Assembly: GCA_050692985.1 (NCBI GenBank)
Contig: JBOGVZ010000049.1
Span: forward strand, 80,410 to 144,409
DNA length: 64,000 bases
Direction: 5' to 3'
From: Actinomycetota bacterium
GTDB taxonomy: Bacteria; Actinomycetota; UBA4738; CALAEC01
Under the pieces are notes generated by a model. It was not told where the DNA came from. It did not search any database and saw only the letters and a program-made list of their open reading frames with translations. A program made the translations under genes and the position numbers. Numbering within the stretch: position 1 is the stretch's first letter; every line of letters begins with the position of its first letter. Positions 1 to 11,433 of this stretch are shown one piece after another.

Positions 1-723
1 CTCGATCGCCTCCCACAGGTCGTCCACGCCCTCGCCGGTGATGGTCGAGGTCTTGACCACGGGCGGCTTCCACTCCAGCGCCGGCCCCAGGTGCAGCATG
101 GCCTCCAGGTCGCGGACGGCTTCGGTCGCACCATCCTTGTCCGCCTTGTTCACCACGAACACGTCGGCCACCTCCAGGATCCCGGCCTTGGAGGCCTGGA
201 TCGCGTCGCCCCACCCGGGGGCCACCACCACCAGCGTGGTGTCGGCCGCGGTGGCCACCTCGACCTCGGCCTGGCCCACGCCCACGGTCTCGACCAGGAC
301 GACGTCGGAGCCGGCGGCGTCCAGGACCCGGACCGCCTCCGGCGCGGCCAGGGCCAGACCGCCCAGGTGGCCCCGGGTGGCCATCGACCGGATGAACACG
401 CCCTCGTCGGTGGCGTGGGCCTGCATGCGAAGGCGGTCACCCAGCAGGGCGCCGCCCGTGAAGGGAGAGGTGGGGTCGATGGCCAGCACGGCAACCGTCC
501 GCTCGCGCCCGCGGATGGCCTTCACCAGGTCGGCCGCCAGGGAGGACTTCCCGACGCCGGGCGAGCCCGTGAGCCCCACGGTGTAGGCCCGGCCGGTGCC
601 CGGGTAGATGCCGCCGATCAGCTCCGGGAGCCCGTCGGAGCCGTCCTCGACCATCGAGATGGCCCGGGCCACCGCCCGGCGGTTCCCCTCCAGGACCCCC
701 TCGACGACCTGCGAGACGTCCAT
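1..723 (-). CDS. meaB: Methylmalonyl-CoA mutase-associated GTPase MeaB/ArgK (3' end outside window)
   Basis: Reverse translation from ATG at 723 reads MDVSQVVEGVLEGNRRAVARAISMVEDG...GLTGSPGVGKSSL (P-loop) and later ILEVADVFVVNKADKDG. This is typical of the ArgK/MeaB G3E GTPase family. It is not in the ORF track because it runs off the window. Confidence 0.8.
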   Translation of the reverse strand, partial: MDVSQVVEGVLEGNRRAVARAISMVEDGSDGLPELIGGIYPGTGRAYTVGLTGSPGVGKSSLAADLVKAIRGRERTVAVLAIDPTSPFTGGALLGDRLRMQAHATDEGVFIRSMATRGHLGGLALAAPEAVRVLDAAGSDVVLVETVGVGQAEVEVATAADTTLVVVAPGWGDAIQASKAGILEVADVFVVNKADKDGATEAVRDLEAMLHLGPALEWKPPVVKTSTITGEGVDDLWEAIE

Positions 724-841
724 GCCCGGCCAGCGTAGCAGCCGGCCCGTGCCGGCCGGGTCCCCCGGGAGATGGTCCGGAGCGCGGCCCAGGAGTCGGT
801 CACCGATGAGTCCTGCGCCCGGTGTTGGGGAGGACGGTCGC

Positions 842-1249
842 TCAGGCCACGGAGAGCAAGCGATTCAGCCGGGAGACGACCGCCGGGCGGGTGAGGAGGC
901 CCTTCACCGTCAGGTGGCGGCGGAGGAGCTTGGCTGTCACGGCCCGGCCCTCCGCGGTCATGACGTCCGGGAAGCCGAAGCGCAGGGGAACCGAGGTCAG
1001 GTCGGCGAGCGTCTCGGAGTCCGCCCGCACCACCACGCCGGGCCGCCCCACGATCCCGTTGGCCACCTGCACCCCGGCCGGCGACAGCCGCAGGGTCAGG
1101 GCCACGTCCGCGTCGGAGGCCTCGATCCCGATCACGGCCGGGCGCAGCAACGCCTCTCGCTCCGGGTGCTGGGACAGGTTGGCCTCGATGAGGCCGCCGA
1201 TCATGGCCGCCAGGCCGTTGGGCTCGCCCCGGTACTCGACGGTGGCCAC
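842..1249 (-). CDS. Small SCP2-like/hypothetical protein
   Basis: 135-aa ORF on the same strand as its neighbours. The C-terminal KLLRRHLTVKGLL motif is reminiscent of an SCP2 sterol-carrier fold. Assignment is weak. Confidence 0.4.
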   Translation of the reverse strand: MATVEYRGEPNGLAAMIGGLIEANLSQHPEREALLRPAVIGIEASDADVALTLRLSPAGVQVANGIVGRPGVVVRADSETLADLTSVPLRFGFPDVMTAEGRAVTAKLLRRHLTVKGLLTRPAVVSRLNRLLSVA

Positions 1250-1252
1250 GGG

Positions 1253-2293
1253 CTAGGGCTTCAGCAGGACCTTGGTGGCCTCTCGCCGCTCGAACATCTC
1301 GTAGCCTCTGGGGGCGTCGTCGAGCGGCAACGTGTGCGAGATGATCGGGAGGGGATCGATCTCCCCCTCCCGCACGGCCTCCATGGCCCGCTCCCACCAC
1401 GCGTGGATCGGGGTGACGCCCGCGAAGCGGATGTCCAGCATGCGGAACCAGGAGATGCCCAGCTGGAGGTCCGTCGACTCGGTGACGTACATCCCCAGCA
1501 CGCAGATGGTCCCGCCCCGGCGGACGATGTCGATGGCGCTCTGGAAGGCGGGCACCGCTCCGACCGCCTCGATGACCACGTCGGCCCCCCGCCCCTCGGT
1601 GAGATCGGCCACGGCCGTCTGGGCGTTCCGTTCCCCCACGTTGATCGGGGTGAACCCCATCCGCTCCAGCAGCTCGAGCCGGTCCGCCTGCACGTCGAGC
1701 ACCAGCACCTGGGCGGGATCGTGCAGCCGCGCGGCCTGGGCGGCGAAGAACCCCACCGGGCCCGCCCCGATCACGGCCACGGTGTCGCCCGCCCCGATCC
1801 CGGAGATGGCCGCCCCGTAGTACCCCGTGGTCAGGATGTCCCCCACGAACACGGCCCGCTCGTCGGAGACCCCGTCCGGCACCGGCAGGAGGTTCACGTC
1901 GGCGTTCGGGACCCGGACGCGCTCCGCCTGGGTCCCCCCCAGGTCGCCGCCGGCCGCCCCCGCACCCAGGTTCCTGAAGTCCTCGCACAGGGAGTGCTGG
2001 CCGTGCGTGCAGAACCAGCACTCACCGCACACGGCGTTGAACGCCACGACCACCCGGTCCCCGGGCTTCACTTTCTTCACCGCGTCGCCGGCCTCCTCCA
2101 CCACCCCGACACCCTCGTGGCCCAGCTGCTCCCCGGGGAACAGCGGGGCCTTGCCGTGATAGAAGTGCAGGTCCGAGCCGCAGATCGCGGAGATCGTGAC
2201 CCGCAGGATCACGTCGGTGGGCTCCTCGATCGCCGGCTCGGGCACCTCGTCCACCCGAACCTTCTCCACGTCCTCGTAGACGACGGCCCTCAT
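1253..2293 (-). CDS. Zn-dependent alcohol dehydrogenase (MDR family)
   Basis: Starts at internal Met [20 protein letters not shown]. It has the [12 protein letters not shown] catalytic-Zn motif, the structural-Zn cysteines [15 protein letters not shown], and a GAGPVG Rossmann motif. The upstream part of the 400-aa ORF is frame overlap. Confidence 0.85.
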   Translation of the reverse strand: MRAVVYEDVEKVRVDEVPEPAIEEPTDVILRVTISAICGSDLHFYHGKAPLFPGEQLGHEGVGVVEEAGDAVKKVKPGDRVVVAFNAVCGECWFCTHGQHSLCEDFRNLGAGAAGGDLGGTQAERVRVPNADVNLLPVPDGVSDERAVFVGDILTTGYYGAAISGIGAGDTVAVIGAGPVGFFAAQAARLHDPAQVLVLDVQADRLELLERMGFTPINVGERNAQTAVADLTEGRGADVVIEAVGAVPAFQSAIDIVRRGGTICVLGMYVTESTDLQLGISWFRMLDIRFAGVTPIHAWWERAMEAVREGEIDPLPIISHTLPLDDAPRGYEMFERREATKVLLKP

Positions 2294-2709
2294 CGCTCGT
2301 CGAGGAACTCGGTGGGGACGGTGGTGGCCAGGTTCACCAGCTCGTTGGAGGCCTTCACGTACCGCACGATCGTGGGGAGGTCGCCGCGGAGCTTCAGCTT
2401 GCCCTGCATCATGCCCTTGACCGGGTCGAGCTCCTTGTTGATGACCTCCTTCCACCTGGAGTACGGCGCGCTGATGACGAACGCGGCCTTCTCACCCTCG
2501 TCCTTGGAGACGAGCTTCCCCTCACGGCACTCGCCGTGCCACAGGTCGAGCCAGCCGTGGAGGTCCTCCTTCAGCCCCTTGTCGGGCTCGGCCTCGAAGA
2601 TGAAGCACACGTCGCCCTCCCAGGTGGCCGCGGCCTCCTTGTAGGCCTGGCTCGAGTTGATCCGCTCGACGTACTGGGCCAGCCATTCCTCGCTGGGGAA
2701 CTCCGCCAT
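2290..2709 (-). CDS. SCP2 sterol-binding domain protein
   Basis: 139 aa starting [18 protein letters not shown]. The C-terminal [25 protein letters not shown] matches the SCP-2 signature. Its ATGA start overlaps the ADH stop. Confidence 0.65.
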   Translation of the reverse strand: MAEFPSEEWLAQYVERINSSQAYKEAAATWEGDVCFIFEAEPDKGLKEDLHGWLDLWHGECREGKLVSKDEGEKAAFVISAPYSRWKEVINKELDPVKGMMQGKLKLRGDLPTIVRYVKASNELVNLATTVPTEFLDER

Positions 2710-2747
2710 CGGTCCCTCCTTCTCCGCGGCCGAGTAAAGCACGCCCC

Positions 2748-3551
2748 TCAGGCGTGGGCCACCGGGCCTTCGGGGCCCAGCACGGCGTCGGCCAGCACGG
2801 GGAGGACCGTGCCGGCCGGGCCGTTCACCCGGATGTCGGCCCGGATGAAGGTGGGGCCGGGGCCGATCTCCACCACCACGGCCCCCGCGGACCGGGCCCG
2901 CTCGGGCAGGGCCGCCGCGGGCCACACCTCTCCCGACGTCCCCACCACCAGCATGACCCGGCACTCCTCCGCCAGGCGCTCCGCCGCCTCGAACCCGTGG
3001 AGGCGCTCCCCGAAGGCCACGAAGTCCGGCCTGGCCGGGCCGCCGCACAGGGAGCACCGCGGCAGGAGCGACGCCAGGCTCGGGACGAACGCGGCCCGCA
3101 GGCCCATCACGGATCGGTCCACGTTCGCCAGGAAGTCGTCGCGGCTGATCCCCTCCCGGTGCCCACAGACCAGGCACACGGTCCGCCGGAAGCTGCCGTG
3201 CACCTCGACCACGCGCCGGCTGCCGGCGTCCTGGTGCAACCCGTCCACGTTCTGGGTGATGACACCCTCCACCAGGCCGGCCTCCTCCAGCCGGGCCAGG
3301 GCCCGGTGGGCGGCCCCGGGCCTGGCCCCCCCGATGACCCGCCGCAGCTCCTGGAGGAAGGCCACCAGGGCGTCCGGCCGACTCATGGCCACCCGGCTCA
3401 GGCCCTCCCACGTCCCGAACTCGTCCGGATCGAACGTGTCCCACAATCCTCCGGGGTCTCGGAACGTGGGGATCCCCGACTCCGCGGAGACCCCCGCGCC
3501 GGTGAAGGCCACCACCCCGCCGCCGGCGACGGCGGCGGCGGCCTCGGCCAT
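2748..3551 (-). CDS. cobB: NAD-dependent protein deacylase, Sir2 family (CobB-like)
   Basis: Starts [38 protein letters not shown] and contains QNVDGLHQ, two CxxC pairs (CLVCG ... CSLCGG) and VVGTSG. This is the canonical sirtuin layout. The upstream part of the 560-aa ORF is frame artefact. Confidence 0.85.
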   Translation of the reverse strand: MAEAAAAVAGGGVVAFTGAGVSAESGIPTFRDPGGLWDTFDPDEFGTWEGLSRVAMSRPDALVAFLQELRRVIGGARPGAAHRALARLEEAGLVEGVITQNVDGLHQDAGSRRVVEVHGSFRRTVCLVCGHREGISRDDFLANVDRSVMGLRAAFVPSLASLLPRCSLCGGPARPDFVAFGERLHGFEAAERLAEECRVMLVVGTSGEVWPAAALPERARSAGAVVVEIGPGPTFIRADIRVNGPAGTVLPVLADAVLGPEGPVAHA

Positions 3552-3568
3552 CCCGGACCGGGGCTCGG

Positions 3569-4219
3569 TCACGCTCGGCTCAGCACGATCGCGGTGAACC
3601 CGATGATGTTGAAGGCCGCGTGGCCGGCCATGCTGGCGGCCAGCGATCCCCGCCACTCGTAGAGGAGCGCCAGCAGCATCCCCACCACGAACATGGCGGG
3701 GACGAGCGCGCCCCCCTGGGGGGCGTGGACCGCGGCGAAGAACCCCGAGGAGACGATGGCCGCCCAGCCCAACCCGATCCGCTTCTTCAGCCCCCCGTAC
3801 AGGAACCCGCGGAAGAAGGTCTCCTCGCCGAAGGGCGCCGCCGCCACGACCAGGACGGCCGACAGCACGGTGTTCAGCAGATCGAACTCCACGGGAAGCT
3901 GATCGATCGGGCTGGGAGGGTGGCCGGTGATCGCCTGCCACAGGAGCTGGATGGCCGGGAACACCACGAACGCGATCACCCCGAAGATGGCCGCCCCGAC
4001 GAACGCGCCCAGCACCACGTCCCCGGTGGGCCGCCGGCTGCGCAGCCCCAGGGCCGGGACGGCTCCTCGGTGCCGGACCGCCACCCACACGACGCTGAAG
4101 CCTCCCAGGGCCAGCTCGAACGCCAGCCCCCCCAGCAGCAGGCCGGGCCCGCCGATCCCCACGGCCGCGGCGATGAGGACCGAGGCGATGGCCGTGGCCC
4201 CGAACGCCGCCAGGGCCAC
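3569..4219 (-). CDS. CPBP family intramembrane metalloprotease (CAAX protease-like)
   Basis: Multi-TM protein with [14 protein letters not shown] and AAVHA/HAAFN motifs. There is no in-frame ATG, so a GTG start near 4219 is assumed. The start is uncertain. Confidence 0.6.
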   Translation of the reverse strand: MALAAFGATAIASVLIAAAVGIGGPGLLLGGLAFELALGGFSVVWVAVRHRGAVPALGLRSRRPTGDVVLGAFVGAAIFGVIAFVVFPAIQLLWQAITGHPPSPIDQLPVEFDLLNTVLSAVLVVAAAPFGEETFFRGFLYGGLKKRIGLGWAAIVSSGFFAAVHAPQGGALVPAMFVVGMLLALLYEWRGSLAASMAGHAAFNIIGFTAIVLSRA

Positions 4220-4269
4220 CGGGATCGCCTCCCACGGCTCCCACGGCGGGATCGGCCGCCCGGGCCGGC

Positions 4270-5910
4270 TCAGGCGCTCCGCCACCGGGCCTCCAGGGCC
4301 GGGTACACCAGGGCCGCGGCCAGGTACACGAAGGCCACGCTGGCCGTCCCGAACGTGTCGTTGAGCAGCCACCCCGCCATGGCCCCGGCCGCCAGCACCA
4401 CCACGGCGTCGCGCCACGACGGCCGGGCACGGAGCGGAGCGGCGAACGGGCCCCAGCGGCGCCAGGCCACGAGGAACGCCACCGGGATCATCACCAGCGC
4501 CGGCCACACCGCCGGGGTAGCCGAGGTCGCGTCGTAGTTGAGGACCAGCCGATGCCCGAAGGCGCCCAGGGCGCCCTCCGAGACCGCCGTGGTGAGGTGG
4601 GCGCTCACCGGCCACAGGCGATGGGTGACGATGAGGATCCCCACGCCGGCACCGGCGACCGCCGCCGTGACGGCCACCTCCACCGGGCCCAGGCGGCCGC
4701 GGACCCGCAGCGCCCACCACAGCGCGGCCACCACGAACAGCGTCAGGGCCCCGCCGACGTCCGCGCCCAGGAACGGCAGCCCGGCGAACAGGGCCGCGGC
4801 CACGAGCAGGGCCACGCCGGCGGGCGGCCGGAGGACCGCAGCCACCAGGACCGCCCCGGCCAGCACCAGCCCGGCGTAGGAGTTGCCCAGCCCGAAGAAC
4901 CGCACGCCGTCCAGGGCGCTTCCGCCCAGCAGCGGCGTGAGCAGCGCGGGCCACCCCAGGGCGGCGTCCACGGCCACCAGCGCCAGGCCGGTCCCGGCGA
5001 CCACCGTCACCGGGGCCACGGGGCTCCACCGCCGCGACCACAGGGCCACGGCGGCCACCGCCAGGCCGATGACGAGGATCGCCGTCACCACCGCGGCGGG
5101 CTCGAAGGACGGCAGCCAGCTCCCGGGAAGCAGGGCCACGTGGAACGAGATACCCACCAGGCCCCACACGGCCACCGCCCCGGCCAGGCGCGCCGGGGCA
5201 CCGGGCCAGAACAGGATCACCAACCCGGCCACCAGGGCGGCCAGGGCGAACAGCAGCACCGCCAGGCCCACCGGCACGACGACGGTGCGGTACTCGACGT
5301 ACCGCTCATGCAACGCGGTCGGCGCCTCCCCCTCGACCCGGATCGGCGATCCCGTGATGCCCTCCGGGATCGGCTCCCCCAGGAAGGACAGGATCGTCGG
5401 CGCGAGGTCGACCTCCGCCACGATCCCAGGCCGCCGGGTCGTATCGGAGGTCAGGCCCCGGGGCGGCCCTTCTCCCTCCAGGAGCTCCTGGGGAGCGCCG
5501 CGGGCCAGTATGAGGGGCGCGACCCGGCCGGCCTCCGCCGGTGCCGCGGCGATGAGCACCAGGATCTCCTCGGACCCGGCCCCCTGGAGCAGCGCGCGGA
5601 CACCGGCGTCGATCTCGGGCGCGGCCGTGCCCGGGAACAGGATCGTCACGAGCCTTCCAGGGGCCACGTCCACGCTGGCCTCGTCGATCTCTTCCTCGGT
5701 CTCGAGCGGACGGCCGTCCTCCGCCGTCAGCAGGGCCACTCCGCCGGTCCGAGCCAGCTCTCGAAGCGTCGGCTGGGACAGTGCCTCCTGGTAGGTCAGG
5801 CCGGGGATCAGGAGCAGAAGGACCTGGCGGGCCATCTGGGCGGAGGCGGACGGACCGGGGAGCAGCAGGAGCGAGACCAGCAGGAGGGTGAGCCCGCGGG
5901 CTCCCCTCAC
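4270..5910 (-). CDS. Integral membrane protein of unknown function, signal peptide + periplasmic domain + ~12 TM segments
   Basis: 546-aa ORF. It has an N-terminal signal ([16 protein letters not shown]), a ~200-aa soluble region, then many hydrophobic helices. Its GTG start overlaps the murA stop (GTGA). Confidence 0.55.
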   Translation of the reverse strand: MRGARGLTLLLVSLLLLPGPSASAQMARQVLLLLIPGLTYQEALSQPTLRELARTGGVALLTAEDGRPLETEEEIDEASVDVAPGRLVTILFPGTAAPEIDAGVRALLQGAGSEEILVLIAAAPAEAGRVAPLILARGAPQELLEGEGPPRGLTSDTTRRPGIVAEVDLAPTILSFLGEPIPEGITGSPIRVEGEAPTALHERYVEYRTVVVPVGLAVLLFALAALVAGLVILFWPGAPARLAGAVAVWGLVGISFHVALLPGSWLPSFEPAAVVTAILVIGLAVAAVALWSRRWSPVAPVTVVAGTGLALVAVDAALGWPALLTPLLGGSALDGVRFFGLGNSYAGLVLAGAVLVAAVLRPPAGVALLVAAALFAGLPFLGADVGGALTLFVVAALWWALRVRGRLGPVEVAVTAAVAGAGVGILIVTHRLWPVSAHLTTAVSEGALGAFGHRLVLNYDATSATPAVWPALVMIPVAFLVAWRRWGPFAAPLRARPSWRDAVVVLAAGAMAGWLLNDTFGTASVAFVYLAAALVYPALEARWRSA

Positions 5911-7181
5911 GGGGAGAAGGCCGGAGACAGCGAGGGCTGGCGGGTGACCTGGGCGCCGATCCCCCCGAGCTTGGCCTCGAGGTCCTCGTAGCCGCGGTCC
6001 ACGTGCTCCACGTCGGACACCTCGGTGACCCCGTCTGCACCGAGGGCCGCCAGGACCAGGGCCGCCCCGGCCCGCAGGTCGAGGGCTCGGACCGGCGCCG
6101 AGGACAGCCGCTCGACGCCCCGGATGACCGCGTGGTGACCCTCGGTCCGGATGTCGGCCCCCATCCGGTTCAGCTCGTCCACGAACATGAACCGGCTCTC
6201 GAACACGTTCTCGGTGATGATGCTCGTTCCCTCGGCCGCGGCCAGCAGGGCCATGATCGGCGGCTGGAGGTCCGTGGGGAACCCGGGGTACGGGAGCGTG
6301 ACCAGGTCCGCGACCCGCGGCCGGCCGGCCATCCCCACGCGGACGCCCCCTTCCTCGATGTCCACCCGGGCACCGACCTCGTCGAGCTTGGCCAGCACCA
6401 GGTCCAGGTGGTCGGCCCGGGCCCCCTCCAGCAGGACCTCGCCCCCGGTCACGCAGGCGGCGATGGCGAACGTCCCGGCCTCGATGCGGTCGGGGATCAT
6501 GGCGTGCTCCGCGGGGCGGAACCGGTCCACACCCTCGATCTCGATCGTGGGGGTGCCCACGCCCTCGATCCGGGCCCCCATCGCGGTGAGGAACGTGGCC
6601 AGGTCCTCGATCTCCGGCTCCCGGGCGGCGTTCTCGATCACCGTGGTGCCCCGGGCGGCCACCCCCGCCATCAGCAGGTTCTCGGTGGCCCCCACGCTGG
6701 GGAAGTCGAGCGACACCACGGCCCCCTCCAGCCCCCCGGTCTCCGCCTCCAGGTAGCCGTGGTCGAAGGAGAATGTGGCCCCCATCCGCTCCAGCCCCCG
6801 GATGTGCAGGTCGATCCGGCGCCGGCCGATGTTGCAGCCTCCCGGCATGGCCACCCGGGCCCGGCCCGTCCGGGCCAGCAGCGGCCCCAGGACCAGGATC
6901 GAGGCCCGCATCCGCCGCACCAGCTCGTACGGGGTCTCGATGCCCAGCGTCCCGGTGGCGTCGATGACCACGGCGTGGTCCTGCCGCTCCACCCCGGCAC
7001 CCAGCCGCTCGAGGACGTCCACCATGGTCCCGCAGTCGGAGATGTCCGGGACGTTGCGCAGGACCGTCCGGCCCTCCGCCAGGAGGGCCGCCGCCATCAC
7101 CTTCAGGGTGGCGTTCTTGGCCCCCCCGATCCGGACCGAGCCGGCCAGGCGGGGGCCTCCAGTGACCATCAGTCGACCCAT
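5907..7181 (-). CDS. murA: UDP-N-acetylglucosamine 1-carboxyvinyltransferase
   Basis: 424 aa. It carries GAKNATLK, the active-site Cys loop [13 protein letters not shown], and other typical MurA/EPSP-fold motifs. Confidence 0.9.
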   Translation of the reverse strand: MGRLMVTGGPRLAGSVRIGGAKNATLKVMAAALLAEGRTVLRNVPDISDCGTMVDVLERLGAGVERQDHAVVIDATGTLGIETPYELVRRMRASILVLGPLLARTGRARVAMPGGCNIGRRRIDLHIRGLERMGATFSFDHGYLEAETGGLEGAVVSLDFPSVGATENLLMAGVAARGTTVIENAAREPEIEDLATFLTAMGARIEGVGTPTIEIEGVDRFRPAEHAMIPDRIEAGTFAIAACVTGGEVLLEGARADHLDLVLAKLDEVGARVDIEEGGVRVGMAGRPRVADLVTLPYPGFPTDLQPPIMALLAAAEGTSIITENVFESRFMFVDELNRMGADIRTEGHHAVIRGVERLSSAPVRALDLRAGAALVLAALGADGVTEVSDVEHVDRGYEDLEAKLGGIGAQVTRQPSLSPAFSP

Positions 7182-7277
7182 GACCAGGTGATTCTACGCG
7201 CGCCGCTCCCCTTCCCCCTGCGGGCGGGGAGGAATGAGGCAGCCGGCGTCGAATCTTCCCCCGGGAGCCGTTTCCCC

Positions 7278-9080
7278 ATGCCCGCGACCTGGAGGTGGAG
7301 GATGCGAAGGCTCGCCCCGCTGGCCCTCTCGGTGTCCGTGGTCCTGGCCCTGGTACCGGCCGCCGGCGCCGGCGCCCGAGCCGAGGCGCCGATCGACCCC
7401 CCGGTGCTGGCCACGGCCGGGCGGCAGAGCGCCCTGGTCCACGTCGAGCCGTCGGCCTCCCTGGAGGCCGGGGTGGAAGCGGCCCGCGCCGCCGGCCTGG
7501 ACCTGGGAACCACGTATCCGATGATCAACGTGTTCGTGGCCTACGGCGACCGCGACGCCTTCCGCAAGGTCGCCGCCTCGCCGGTCGTGGAGCAGGTCGA
7601 GGCCAACAGCCTCCTGGAGCTGTTGACGAACACCTCCCACATCGCCACCCGGGGCCAGGACGTGCTCGACGGGGCCGTGACGCTCCCCGACGGCACCGTG
7701 ATCGACGGCACCGGGGTGGGGGTGGCCGTGGTGGACACCGGGGTGGAAGGGACCCACCCCGACCTGGAGAGCCGGATGGGCGGGAACGTGCGGATCTACT
7801 GCACCGCCCCGGGCGCGATCATCGCCATCGGGATCTCCGGCCTGGGGTTCTCGGAGTGCCGGGGCCCGAAGGTCGTGGTGCCCCTGGACGACACCGACAC
7901 CCCCGGAGCCGGCGGGCACGGGACCCACGTGGCCGGGATCGTGGCCGGCGACGGGACGGCCTCGGAGGCCACCTTCCACGGGGCCGCGCCGGGGGCCACC
8001 CTGTTCGGCGTGGCGGTGGGGACCACCCTGCTGGTGGAGAACGCCCTGGACGGGCTGCGGTGGGTCCTCGACAATCACGACCAGGTGGACCCGCCGATCA
8101 GGGTCGTCAACAACTCCTGGGGCGGCGGTCCCGGGCCCGGCGACGAGGACAACGTCCTCCAGGGAGCCATCACCAAACTCCAGAACCTGCTGATCGGCGA
8201 CGGCGTCACCGTGGTGTTCGCCGCCGGGAACTCCGGGGGGAACGGCTCCAACCAGCAGACCACCGCGCAGTGCGCCCTGACCACCCCGGGCAACGTCTGC
8301 GTGGCCTCCTACGACGACGGGGACACCGGCACCCGGGACGGCTCCCTGTCGTCGTTCTCATCCCGGGGCTCGGCAGCCAACGCGGCCACGTGGCCGGACA
8401 TCTCGGCTCCCGGCCAGTTCATCATCTCCACCTGCCGGTACACCCTGCCGGTGTGCTGGGTCCACGCCGGCCAGCAGCTCGATCCCCCGAACTCGTACTC
8501 CGAGCTGTCGGGAACCTCCATGGCCGCCCCCCACATCTCGGGGATCATCGCCCAGCTTTACCAGGCCAACCCCGACCTGACCCCGGCGCTGGTGGAGGAG
8601 GTGCTGGAGGACACCGCTCACAAGTTCACGTTCGGCGCGCCGTACCAGGACGACCCGTTCAACCCCGACGACACGTCGTCGTTCGACAAGGGGCACGGGC
8701 TGGTGGACGTCCTGGCCGCCGTGCAGGCGGTGCTGCCGGAGCCGGTAGAGCCGAGCCTGGAGATCACCGCTCCCGAGGACGGCTCGATCGCCCGCCAGAC
8801 GATCACGGTCTCCGGCACCGCGTCGCATCCAGGCACCGTGACCGTGGCCGTCGATGGGGTCGAGGTGGGCGCCGCCGACGGCAGCGCCCCCATGTGGTCC
8901 TTCGACCTGGACACCCTGAGGCTGCGGGAAGGCCTCCGCCAGGTGTCGGCGACGCTCTCCGCCGCCGACGGGGTGACGGCCCGCGACGCCATCACGATCG
9001 TGGTGGATAACTGCCCGCCCTACCAGGCCCCGGGAGGCTCCCGGCCGCCTCCGCCCAGCTGCCGCAAGGGCGGCCGTTAG
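7278..9080 (+). CDS. Secreted subtilisin-like serine protease (peptidase S8)
   Basis: Signal peptide MPATWRWRMRRLAPLALSVSVVLALVPAAGAGA (alternative ATG at 7302). Catalytic triad motifs: VAVVDTGV (Asp), HGTHVAGIVAG (His), GTSMAAPHISG (Ser). The C-terminus has an Ig-like region and a Cys/Pro tail. Confidence 0.85.
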   Translation: MPATWRWRMRRLAPLALSVSVVLALVPAAGAGARAEAPIDPPVLATAGRQSALVHVEPSASLEAGVEAARAAGLDLGTTYPMINVFVAYGDRDAFRKVAASPVVEQVEANSLLELLTNTSHIATRGQDVLDGAVTLPDGTVIDGTGVGVAVVDTGVEGTHPDLESRMGGNVRIYCTAPGAIIAIGISGLGFSECRGPKVVVPLDDTDTPGAGGHGTHVAGIVAGDGTASEATFHGAAPGATLFGVAVGTTLLVENALDGLRWVLDNHDQVDPPIRVVNNSWGGGPGPGDEDNVLQGAITKLQNLLIGDGVTVVFAAGNSGGNGSNQQTTAQCALTTPGNVCVASYDDGDTGTRDGSLSSFSSRGSAANAATWPDISAPGQFIISTCRYTLPVCWVHAGQQLDPPNSYSELSGTSMAAPHISGIIAQLYQANPDLTPALVEEVLEDTAHKFTFGAPYQDDPFNPDDTSSFDKGHGLVDVLAAVQAVLPEPVEPSLEITAPEDGSIARQTITVSGTASHPGTVTVAVDGVEVGAADGSAPMWSFDLDTLRLREGLRQVSATLSAADGVTARDAITIVVDNCPPYQAPGGSRPPPPSCRKGGR

Positions 9081-9375
9081 GGGGACGACCGGTCCCGCGG
9101 GCGAGGAAGGGGGAGCGGGGCCTGCCGCGCCCCCTCCTCGGGCGGGTCCCGACAGCCTTCGGTGACATTTCTCGGAAGAACCGGCCAATCCCGGAATCCG
9201 AACTTGACGCGGTTGTCCGGAACGGCCAAGATTCCCGGGCGAGGAAGGCAACCACTGGGCGATCCGGCCCGGTTGAGCGGAGGGAGGTGGTTGTCGAGGA
9301 CCAACGCCGTTGTCGGAGCTCTCCATGGGCTCCCTGCCCGTCGAATCCCTTTTCCTACACAGGAGGAACCGCTTG

Positions 9376-11316
9376 ATGAGGAAGTCTCCGCGCGTACTTG
9401 TCATGCTGGCCGGCGCCGTGGCGTTCGCCCTAAGCGGGCTGCCGGGCGCCAGCGCCACGCACAACGCGGACGTCCACACGCCCAACATGGCGTACGAGGG
9501 CACGTCCGTGAAGAACGACATCACCAACTCGGACCTGGCCTTCTGGGGGAACCGGGCCTATGCCGGGAACTACGCGGGGTTCCGGATCATCGACATCACG
9601 GACCCCACGGACATCGAGAACCCGGCCAACGTGATCACCGACTTCTCCTGTCCGGGTCCGCAGAACGACATCTCGGTGTGGGACAGCGATGGGGACGGGA
9701 CCGCCGACCTGCTGTTCCTGTCGGTGGACTCCCCACGCACGGATGACAGCTGTGCCAGTGGAGCCACCACTGCCAGCAACGTGGACTCCTGGGAGGGCGT
9801 CCGCATCTTCGACATCAGCAACGAGCTGGCCCCGGTGCAGATCGCGGCCGTGCCCACGGACTGCGGCTCGCACACCCACACGCTGGTGCCGGGGGACGAC
9901 GGGAACGTGTACCTCTACGTGTCCTCGTATCCGCTGGGAACCGCCGCGGTCACCACGAGCCTGGCGGCTCGCAACGATGTGGTGGTCGACGGCGTCCAGA
10001 TCGACTTCCCCGCGGGTGTCCGCAACGACGGGACGGAGTGCCTGGAGCCCGAGGCCGGGGAGGCCAAGCAGAACGGGATCCACAACAAGATCTCCATCAT
10101 CCGGGTTCCGGAGGCCGACCCGGCCTCTGCCGGCGACCGGACGCCGAACGACCCGGACGGCCCGGGCGGCAACGACCCCATCGGGTGGACCTACCCGAAC
10201 GTGAAGGAGGTCGCGCTCGACGGCGGCACGTACTGGACGCACCGCCCCTCGGGGGGCAGGGTCTTCGACTTCACCGCCTGCCACGACATCGCCGTGTTCA
10301 TGGAGATCAACCGGGCCGCGGGAGCCTGCTGGGCCGAAGGGCACATCTGGGACATCAGCTCCCCCTTCAGCCCGCACTTCCTCCGCCGGTTCCGCCACGA
10401 CAAGGTGAGCGACCTGTTCCACTCGGCCACCTTCTCGTGGGACGGCAAGATCATGGCCTTCGAGGATGAGTCCGGCGGCGGCGGCGCCGACCGGTGCCAC
10501 CTGGAGAACGGGGAGACGGACGAGCAGGGCGCCATGTACTTCTACACCCTGACCGGCGACCTCCTGGGGACCTTCAAGATCCCCATGGACATCCCCGGTC
10601 CGTGCACGGCGCACAACTACAACGTCGTCCCCGTCACCGACGGTCGGTACATCCTGTCGTCGGCCTGGTACACCGGAGGGACGTGGATGGTCGACTTCAC
10701 CGACCCGTCCGAGCCGGTGGACGTCGGCCACTACATCGCCAACACCGCGCCGAACGGCGTCGGGGATCCGATCTCGTCGGACGTGTGGTCGTCGTACTGG
10801 TACAACGGCTACGTCTACGCCAACGACGGGCTCCAGCGCGGCGACGCCATCCAGGAGCGGGGGCTGGACGTGTTCTCGTTCAACTCCCCGAAGGTGGCGA
10901 CGGCCATCGACCTGGACTTCCTGAACCCACAGACGCAGATGGAGCTGATCCCGCAGACTCCGGTGGTGCCACGGTGCTTCGGGCTCAACGCCACGATCGT
11001 GGGCACGAAGGACGCCGACGAGCTCGACGGGACCGCCCTGGCAGACGTGATCGTCCTCAAGGGAGGCCACGACACGTCGAACGGCAAGGGCGGGAACGAC
11101 CGCATGTGCGGCGGCGCCGGGCGCGATGAGCTGAGCGGCGGCAAGGGCAAGGACCGCCTCAAGGGAGGCAAGGGCGCCGACATCCTCGAGGGTGGGCCCG
11201 GAAACGACACCCTCATCGGCGGCCCCGGCGTCGACCTGTGCATCGGCGGCAAGGGCAAGAAGGACAAGGCGAAGGGCTGCGAGTTCATGAAGGGGATCGA
11301 GATCGTCCTCGACTGA
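9376..11316 (+). CDS. Secreted LVIVD-repeat beta-propeller protein with C-terminal RTX-type Ca-binding repeats
   Basis: RBS aggagga lies 8 nt upstream of ATG 9376. Signal peptide MRKSPRVLVMLAGAVAFALSGLPGASA. Repeats of the form GFRIIDITDPTD and GVRIFDISNELAP (LVIVD-like). The C-terminus has GGxGxD nonapeptides (GGHDTSNGKGGNDRMCGGAGRDELSGGKGKDRLKGGKGADILEGGPGNDTLIGGPGVD). It is a paralog of the gene at 13271-15280. Confidence 0.65.
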   Translation: MRKSPRVLVMLAGAVAFALSGLPGASATHNADVHTPNMAYEGTSVKNDITNSDLAFWGNRAYAGNYAGFRIIDITDPTDIENPANVITDFSCPGPQNDISVWDSDGDGTADLLFLSVDSPRTDDSCASGATTASNVDSWEGVRIFDISNELAPVQIAAVPTDCGSHTHTLVPGDDGNVYLYVSSYPLGTAAVTTSLAARNDVVVDGVQIDFPAGVRNDGTECLEPEAGEAKQNGIHNKISIIRVPEADPASAGDRTPNDPDGPGGNDPIGWTYPNVKEVALDGGTYWTHRPSGGRVFDFTACHDIAVFMEINRAAGACWAEGHIWDISSPFSPHFLRRFRHDKVSDLFHSATFSWDGKIMAFEDESGGGGADRCHLENGETDEQGAMYFYTLTGDLLGTFKIPMDIPGPCTAHNYNVVPVTDGRYILSSAWYTGGTWMVDFTDPSEPVDVGHYIANTAPNGVGDPISSDVWSSYWYNGYVYANDGLQRGDAIQERGLDVFSFNSPKVATAIDLDFLNPQTQMELIPQTPVVPRCFGLNATIVGTKDADELDGTALADVIVLKGGHDTSNGKGGNDRMCGGAGRDELSGGKGKDRLKGGKGADILEGGPGNDTLIGGPGVDLCIGGKGKKDKAKGCEFMKGIEIVLD

Positions 11317-11336
11317 CGCTCGCAGGTAGCAGGACG

Positions 11337-11370
11337 GGAAGGGGCCCGGCCGCCAGGCCGGGCCCCTTCC
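11337..11370. terminator. GC-rich hairpin downstream of the LVIVD/RTX gene
   Basis: GGAAGGGGCCCGGC-cgccag-GCCGGGCCCCTTCC. This is a perfect 14-bp stem with a 6-nt loop and no U-tract. Confidence 0.5.
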
Positions 11371-11433
11371 GTTGCCCGGGTCTCCCCTGCAACTCGGACG
11401 AAACGGCCGGGACGCGGTAAGATTCTGAGGCCC

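Noticed and set aside
608-2644. 678-aa ORF on the plus strand
   Set aside because: It is antisense to the ADH and SCP2 genes. Its low-complexity Pro/Arg/Gly-rich translation is typical of spurious long ORFs in roughly 70% GC DNA. The same reasoning rejects 9430-13212(-), 13400-15226(+), 15373-17178(+), 20429-22498(+), 28831-29910(-), 31885-33903(-), 34270-35964(-), 44244-49163(+), 59828-61156(-) and similar.
9190-9260. Candidate promoter (TTGACG ... CAAGAT) and repeated CCGGAAT/CCGGAAC motifs upstream of the LVIVD/RTX gene; also a GGAAC that could be an ECF -35
   Set aside because: Spacing to a convincing -10 (or to a CGTT ECF -10) is not satisfied. It cannot be distinguished from chance without transcript mapping.
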